Positions 8,824 through 13,120 of a stretch of 13,120 nucleotides of DNA are shown in pieces. Location: contig DRLC01000329.1 in the NCBI GenBank assembly GCA_011053145.1, forward strand, positions 1 through 13,120. Direction: 5' to 3'. The stretch is from Planctomycetota bacterium (lineage in GTDB: Bacteria > Planctomycetota > UBA1135 > GCA-002686595). The notes beneath the pieces were generated by a model that saw only the letters and a program-made list of their open reading frames with translations, did no database searches and had not been told where the DNA came from. The number at the start of each line of letters is the position of its first letter. Position 1 is the first letter of the stretch. A program made the position numbers and the translations under genes.

Positions 8824-11308
8824 TCTTTCCACTCCTTCGTTGCGTCCCATGCTGCTCTTCCCCGTCGTCTACGCCTTCCTCAGCTCTTTCGCGCCGCAGC
8901 AGGCGGCCCCGGTGACCACTCCGCAGGCCTACCTCGGCCGGCCCCTGGGGCGTGACTTCGAGCTCGCGGACTGGGACGAGGTTTCGGGGTACTACCGGCG
9001 CCTCGCGGCGGAGAGTCCCTGCGTCCGCGTCGAGTCGCTCGGTCCGACCACCGAGGGCCGGGACTTCCTGCTCGCGGTCATCGCGAGCGAGCAGCACATG
9101 GCGCGCATCGACGAAATCCGTGCCGACTCCGCGAGGATCGCCGATCCGCGTCGTCTCGCCGGGGCCGGCGCGGGGGAGCTCGATGAGCTGTTCGAACGCA
9201 CGCCCCCGACGCTGTTCCTCTCGCTCGGTATGCATTCCACCGAAACCGCCGCACCGCAGTTCGGGATGGAACTCGCCCACCTTCTCGCCACTTCGCAGGA
9301 GGAGCCCTACCGCAGCGCGCGCGAGGAACTCGTCCTCCTGATCGCGCCCTGCTTGAACCCGGACGGGCTCGATCGCGTCGTGTCTTGGTACCGGGAAACC
9401 GTCGGCACGCCCTATGAGTCGGCGGATCTCCTCGAGCTCTACCAGCACTACGCCGGCCACGACAACAACCGCGATTGGTTCATGCTCTCCCAACCGGAGA
9501 CGCGCATGGTCACCAAGGCGCTCTACCACGATTGGTTTCCGCAGGTCTACTGGGACGTTCACCAGCAGGGGACCCACCGCGAAAGGCTCTTCGTTCCGGC
9601 CTTCCGCGATCCGCTCGACCCGAACCTCGATCCAGGGATCATTTCGGGCATCGGGAACCTCGGCGCCCGGGCCCTGTTCGACATGACGCGCGACGGCTTT
9701 CGCGGAGTGTCCACCGGCGTCACCTATGACATGTGGTGGAACGGCGGCAACCGCAACGTGCCCGTGCGTCACAACATCATCGGGTTGCTCACCGAGGCTG
9801 CGTCCGTGAACCTTGCGTCGCCGATCTTCCTGTCGAGGGAATCACTCGCGGCGCCGCGCGGGCTCGGCGAGTATGCGCCCTCGAATCGCTTCCCGGCGCC
9901 GTGGCCCGGCGGCTGGTGGCATCTGCGAGACATCATCGATTACGAACACGGCTTCGCTCGCTCGCTCCTCGCGAGCCTCGTGCGCGAACCGCGCCTGTGG
10001 CTCGAGAACGCGTATCAGTCGGCTTCGCGCGCGCTCGAACTCGGCGGCCGCGATGCTCCCCGCGCGTGGATCCTGCCGAGCACGAACCGCGATGTGGCGG
10101 CGGCGCGCCGGCTCGTCGACGCGCTCCTGCTAGGGGGCGTCGAGGTGCAGGTCGCGAAGGGGTCGTTCCGCGCCGACGGGCGCGAGTGGCCGGCCGGTTC
10201 GGTCGTGATCCTGCGCGCTCAACCCTACGGACAGCACGTCAAGGACCTCTTCGAGGTGCAGCGCTACCCCGAAGGCACGCCCCCATACGACGTCTCCGGC
10301 TGGACGCTCCCGATGCTTCTCGGAGTTCGGCGGGTCGAGGTGATGCGGGAGTTCGACGCCGAGCTCGAAAACGTCCAGGACGCCCAGGCCGCGGTCGCCG
10401 CATTCGGCGACGGGACGCGCAGCGACGGAGCCTGGGGATCGGCGGCCAACGGTGACACCTGGGTCCGGGTGTTCCGGGATCTCACGCGGGGAAAGCCCGT
10501 CGTGTTCCGTCCCGCTTCCCCCGACCAGGACGGCGCCTGCTTCGAGTTCTCTTCCCGCGAGGGCGGCGAGGAGATCGAATCGATGCCGAGGGTCGGGCTC
10601 TATGCTCCCTGGAGCGGGAGCATGGACGAGGGTTGGACGCGTTTCGTGTTCGATCGCTTCGGCGTCCCCTATATCGGGGTGCGCAACGAGATGCTGCGCG
10701 CCGGCGACCTTTCCGATTTCCTCGACGTCTTGGTTCTTCCGAGCCTCTCCGCCCACGAACTCGATGAAGGTCGCGCGCCGGGCAGTGTCCCCCCCGAGTT
10801 CGCGCGCGGACTCGATCCCGAGGGCGCGGTGGCGATCGAGGCCTTCGTGCGCTCGGGGGGCAAGCTCGTGGCGATCGAGTCCGCGGCCTCATGGGCGATC
10901 GACCTGTTCGAGTTCCCGCTCACGGACCTGACCCGGGGGGAGGAAGGATCGGACTTCTCCTGTCCGGGGAGCGTGTTGCGGGCGATCCCGGAAGGGTCGG
11001 GCGACTTGAGCGCCGGAATCGCCGATTCCGTTGCGCTCTTCTTCTCGCGCTCCGCGGCCTGGCGCTTGGAGGAACGCGAAGACCCCGAGACGGGCGATGC
11101 CCCTCAGCCGGAGGTGCTCCTGCGCTATGCGCCGACGCGGCTGCTCCTGTCCGGCTGGATCCGCTCTCCCGAAACGATCGAGGGTGCCATCGCCTGGGCT
11201 CGTTTCCCCCACGGAAAGGGGAGTGTCGATCTGTTCGGTTTCCGGCCGCAGTACCGTGGGTGGTCCCAGGGCACTTTCCAGCTTCTGTTTCGCTCCCTCC
11301 TCTTCTGA
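8801..11308 (+). CDS. M14-family zinc carboxypeptidase, large multidomain form (835 aa), secreted
   Basis: The N-terminus resembles a signal peptide (basic n-region, hydrophobic MLLFPVVYAFLSSFA, then AP/QQAA). The M14 catalytic core carries the zinc-ligand motif GMHSTE (HxxE), NPDG, GHDNNRDW, VHQQGTHRE and GLLTEAAS (candidate catalytic Glu), followed by ~500 aa of additional domains. Start is GTG 8801, overlapping the TerC 3' end by 23 bp with AGGAG at 8794-8798; the ATG at 8849 is the alternative. Confidence 0.8.
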   Translation: MPAAGRPSLSTPSLRPMLLFPVVYAFLSSFAPQQAAPVTTPQAYLGRPLGRDFELADWDEVSGYYRRLAAESPCVRVESLGPTTEGRDFLLAVIASEQHMARIDEIRADSARIADPRRLAGAGAGELDELFERTPPTLFLSLGMHSTETAAPQFGMELAHLLATSQEEPYRSAREELVLLIAPCLNPDGLDRVVSWYRETVGTPYESADLLELYQHYAGHDNNRDWFMLSQPETRMVTKALYHDWFPQVYWDVHQQGTHRERLFVPAFRDPLDPNLDPGIISGIGNLGARALFDMTRDGFRGVSTGVTYDMWWNGGNRNVPVRHNIIGLLTEAASVNLASPIFLSRESLAAPRGLGEYAPSNRFPAPWPGGWWHLRDIIDYEHGFARSLLASLVREPRLWLENAYQSASRALELGGRDAPRAWILPSTNRDVAAARRLVDALLLGGVEVQVAKGSFRADGREWPAGSVVILRAQPYGQHVKDLFEVQRYPEGTPPYDVSGWTLPMLLGVRRVEVMREFDAELENVQDAQAAVAAFGDGTRSDGAWGSAANGDTWVRVFRDLTRGKPVVFRPASPDQDGACFEFSSREGGEEIESMPRVGLYAPWSGSMDEGWTRFVFDRFGVPYIGVRNEMLRAGDLSDFLDVLVLPSLSAHELDEGRAPGSVPPEFARGLDPEGAVAIEAFVRSGGKLVAIESAASWAIDLFEFPLTDLTRGEEGSDFSCPGSVLRAIPEGSGDLSAGIADSVALFFSRSAAWRLEEREDPETGDAPQPEVLLRYAPTRLLLSGWIRSPETIEGAIAWARFPHGKGSVDLFGFRPQYRGWSQGTFQLLFRSLLF

Positions 11309-11314
11309 ATCTTG

Positions 11315-11902
11315 ATGGGACCTCGCTCCGCCCTCCTGCTCCTGTGTTTCGCCGCGAGCTGCCAGGTCACCCACCTCGTCGACCCGGCTCCCGAACCGAG
11401 TTCCCACCTGGAGACACGCCGAACCTGGTACGTGAAGGGTGAGGTGCCGCGCACCGAAATCGTGCTGCGCGTCTTCGACGACGGGCGCGCGGTGCAGGAC
11501 GGGGCGAAGCGCAACTGGTACTCGAACGGGCAGATGGAATCGGAGCGATTCCAGACCGACGGTCGCGGGTACGGGACCTGGAGGAGCTGGTATCCCGATG
11601 GGACGCTCCGATCGTCGGTCGAGATCGGCGATGGCCGCTCCCTGCTCCCGATGACCTTTTGGCACGAGAACGGCCGGGAGGCGGCCTCCGGGTTCGGGAT
11701 CGATGGAGTGCGAGAGGGGGCGTGGGTGTATCGGAGGGCGGACGGAAGCATCGAACGGCGCGGCGAGTTCCGCCACGGACTGCGCGAAGGCCGCTGGGAG
11801 TTCTTCGACGGCGCGGGGCGAGTGGTCGAGGAGCGCCTCTATCGGGAGGGAAAGCGCATCGAGACGATTCGGCGCGAGGAGGACGGGGCAGCGTCTCAGT
11901 AG
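11315..11902 (+). CDS. Lipoprotein with MORN-variant (MORN_2 / 'YwqK-family') repeats
   Basis: Signal peptide with lipobox LLLLCFAASC. Repeated G-x-W-x-x-WY-x-NG/DG-x-L units (WYSNGQMESERFQTDGRGYGTWRSWYPDGTL..., GAWVYRRADGSIERRGEFRHGLREGRWEFFDGAG). The ATG is 6 nt after the M14 stop; the track start at 11312 is TTG. Confidence 0.75.
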   Translation: MGPRSALLLLCFAASCQVTHLVDPAPEPSSHLETRRTWYVKGEVPRTEIVLRVFDDGRAVQDGAKRNWYSNGQMESERFQTDGRGYGTWRSWYPDGTLRSSVEIGDGRSLLPMTFWHENGREAASGFGIDGVREGAWVYRRADGSIERRGEFRHGLREGRWEFFDGAGRVVEERLYREGKRIETIRREEDGAASQ

Positions 11903-12381
11903 GGACGTCGATCGGGACGCGTTGCGTAGGACCGTAGGAGGGCCTGCGCGCGCTCGTTCTCGACGCGCCGCCATCCCACCCCCTCCGGGGAACCTTCGCC
12001 CAGGGCCACCGAGCGCAGCGCCCGATAGAAGCGCTCGTCATCGAACCCGGCAGCGGCCGCATCCCGGCGGTCCGCGGCGAATACGATCATGTCCACACGC
12101 GCCCAGAGAGAGGCACCGAGGCACATCGGACAGGGTTCGCAGCTCGCGTAGAGGATCGTCCCGCTGAGGTCGTGGGTGCCGAGGGCGCGAGCCGCCCCGC
12201 GGAGCGCGACGACCTCCGCATGGGCGCTCGGGTCGAGGTCGGCGAGGACGCGGTTCGCACCGCGCGCGACGATCTCGCCGTCCCGCACCACCACGGCGCC
12301 GAACGGGCCGCCGCCGGAATCGGCGGACTCCTCCGCGAGCCGCAGCGCCTCCTCGAGGAATCGGTCCGTGGCGTGCCCCAT
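11896..12381 (-). CDS. guaD: Guanine deaminase of the cytidine-deaminase fold (GuaD-like nucleoside/nucleobase deaminase), 161 aa
   Basis: GGPFGAVVVRDGEIVARG, DPSAHAEVVAL (HAE zinc/catalytic motif), ILYASCEPCPMCLGASLWAR (PCxxC zinc motif) and IVFAADRRDAAAAGFDDERFY closely parallel the B. subtilis GuaD pattern as I recall it (...CEPCPMCLGAIYWAR...DAAEAGFDD...). TadA-like tRNA deaminase cannot be fully excluded. Start taken as ATG (rc of 12379-12381) rather than the track's GTG at 12420. It is convergent with the MORN gene and overlaps it by 7 bp. Confidence 0.8.
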   Translation of the reverse strand: MGHATDRFLEEALRLAEESADSGGGPFGAVVVRDGEIVARGANRVLADLDPSAHAEVVALRGAARALGTHDLSGTILYASCEPCPMCLGASLWARVDMIVFAADRRDAAAAGFDDERFYRALRSVALGEGSPEGVGWRRVENERAQALLRSYATRPDRRPY

Positions 12382-12393
12382 AGCCTGCCATCT

Positions 12394-12652
12394 TAGCCCG
12401 GATTCTTCATGAGCCAGCACCCCAGACTTCGCAATCGACCGCCTTCGGCGGTCTCTCGGCCCCTGACGGCACTTTGCGATTCCTGCCGTCCTCGTCGACC
12501 CGTCAAGGGGGGATCCCCTTTCCAGGGATCCACTGGATCCCTTGAATCCGCTTCGCGGACCGGGGCTTACCTTCCGGGGTCAGGAATCGCAAAGCACCAT
12601 CAGGAAACGAGTTGCTGCGCCTGGTGCACAGGCTCATGAAGAACCCGGGCTA
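12394..12652. repeat. MITE-like / structured non-coding element bounded by a 22-bp terminal inverted repeat (21/22) with nested internal inverted repeats
   Basis: Left arm 12394-12415 tagcccggattcttcatgagcc; right arm 12631-12652 ggctcatgaagaacccgggcta, which is its reverse complement with one mismatch. An inner perfect 14-bp IR pairs 12472-12485 ctttgcgattcctg with 12581-12594 caggaatcgcaaag. Local hairpins: gaccgcc-ttc-ggcggtc (12437-12453), gacggca/tgccgtc (12465-12471 with 12484-12490), tccgc-ttc-gcgga (12547-12559). Central GGATCC palindromes ×3 at 12507-12541. No ORF of any plausible size. TA dinucleotides sit at both extreme ends. Confidence 0.55.
12507..12549. repeat. Cluster of three GGATCC-centred palindromes/hairpins (ggggggatcccc; agggatcc-act-ggatccct; followed by gaatcc)
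   Basis: GGATCC at 12511-12516, 12526-12531 and 12535-12540. The first is a perfect 10-bp palindrome ggggatcccc. The second and third form an 8-bp-stem hairpin with a 3-nt loop. Confidence 0.5.
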
Positions 12653-12678
12653 GGGCGAGGCGGAGCAAAAGGCTTCAC

Positions 12679-12697
12679 CCGCCCGTAGGATGGGCGG
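12679..12697 (+). promoter_or_regulatory. GC hairpin (ccgccc-gtaggat-gggcgg) ending 2 nt upstream of the methyltransferase ATG, covering the likely SD (AGGA)
   Basis: 6-bp all-GC stem with a 7-nt loop. The loop contains the only purine-rich SD-like sequence before the ATG at 12700. An in-frame TAG at 12685-12687 fixes 12700 as the first possible start. Confidence 0.35.
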
Positions 12698-12699
12698 CG

Positions 12700-13120
12700 A
12701 TGTCTTGCGGCCACGAACCCGAGCTCGAGATCCTCCAGGGTGAAAACCTCGCGGTCCTGCGCTCGCTCCCCGCCGCGAGTTTTCACCTCGCCTATGTCGA
12801 TCCGCCCTTCAACACGGGCAGGAAGCGGCGGCTCAGGAGCGTGGCGACCGAGCGCGATGCCGCGGGGAAACGGGTCGGCTTCGGCGGGGAGCGCTACCGC
12901 GAGAGTGTGCGCAGCGACATCGCCTACGGGGATACCTTCGACGATTACCTGGGCTTTCTGGCCGAGCGATTCCGCGAGGCGCGGCGCGTCTTGACCGACA
13001 CGGCGAGCCTGTTCGTCCATGTCGACCCACGTGAGTCCCACTACGTCAAGGTGATGCTCGACGAGCTCTTTGGACGGGAGTGCTTCCGCAACGAGATCAT
13101 CTGGGCCTACGACTTCGGCG
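12700..13120 (+). CDS. Beta-class site-specific DNA methyltransferase (N6-adenine/N4-cytosine, PF01555-type), N-terminal 140 aa; continues beyond the window
   Basis: ILQGENLAVLRSLPAASFHLAYVDPPFNTG (motif IV DPPF at the N-terminus is the beta-class order), then FVHVDPRESHYVKVMLDELFGRECFRNEIIWAYDFG. There is no stop before the window edge. Confidence 0.85.
   Translation, partial: MSCGHEPELEILQGENLAVLRSLPAASFHLAYVDPPFNTGRKRRLRSVATERDAAGKRVGFGGERYRESVRSDIAYGDTFDDYLGFLAERFREARRVLTDTASLFVHVDPRESHYVKVMLDELFGRECFRNEIIWAYDFG

Noticed and set aside
12535-12549. tRNA T-arm-like ggat-cccttga-atcc
   Set aside because: The loop does not match the TTCRANY consensus. No acceptor, D or anticodon arms are present, and the stem is just part of the GGATCC palindrome cluster.
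12394-12652. Retron msr/msd ncRNA (flanking a1/a2 inverted repeats plus internal hairpins)
   Set aside because: No reverse-transcriptase gene is present in the window. The downstream gene is a methyltransferase and the upstream gene a deaminase. It is kept only as an alternative hypothesis within the main finding.

Overview
High-GC (~68-70%) bacterial chromosomal window with dense coding on both strands. I cannot assign taxonomy from sequence alone.

Genes in order, mostly ordinary membrane and envelope housekeeping:
- a nearly complete K+-dependent-type H+-pyrophosphatase (minus strand, runs off the 5' edge)
- a DedA-family membrane protein, divergently paired with a YqiJ/NfeD-like OB-fold membrane protein plus a flotillin/SPFH (YqiK-like) two-gene operon
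- a MauE/DoxX-like membrane domain fused to a CxxC thioredoxin-like domain (minus strand)
- an AMP-dependent acyl-CoA synthetase
- a short TerC-family membrane protein
- an 835-aa M14 zinc carboxypeptidase tightly followed by a MORN-variant-repeat lipoprotein
- a GuaD-like guanine (CDA-fold) deaminase (minus strand)
- the 5' part of a beta-class DNA N6/N4 methyltransferase, running off the 3' edge

The one clearly non-standard object is in the 318-bp divergent spacer between the deaminase and the methyltransferase. It is a ~259-bp non-coding element (12394-12652) bounded by a 22-bp inverted repeat (21/22 matches), with a nested perfect 14-bp inverted repeat. It also carries two TTC-triloop hairpins and a central cluster of three GGATCC palindromes. 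Each terminal repeat contains an identical 5-codon mini-ORF (MKNPG-stop) kept intact by a synonymous mismatch. It looks like either a MITE-like mobile insertion or a structured RNA/regulatory module shared by the two divergent genes.

No rRNA, tRNA or CRISPR arrays were seen. The many long R/P/G-rich ORFs in the six-frame track that lie antisense to or overlap real genes are high-GC artefacts. Note that the track uses GTG/TTG as Met starts, so several listed starts are over-extended.
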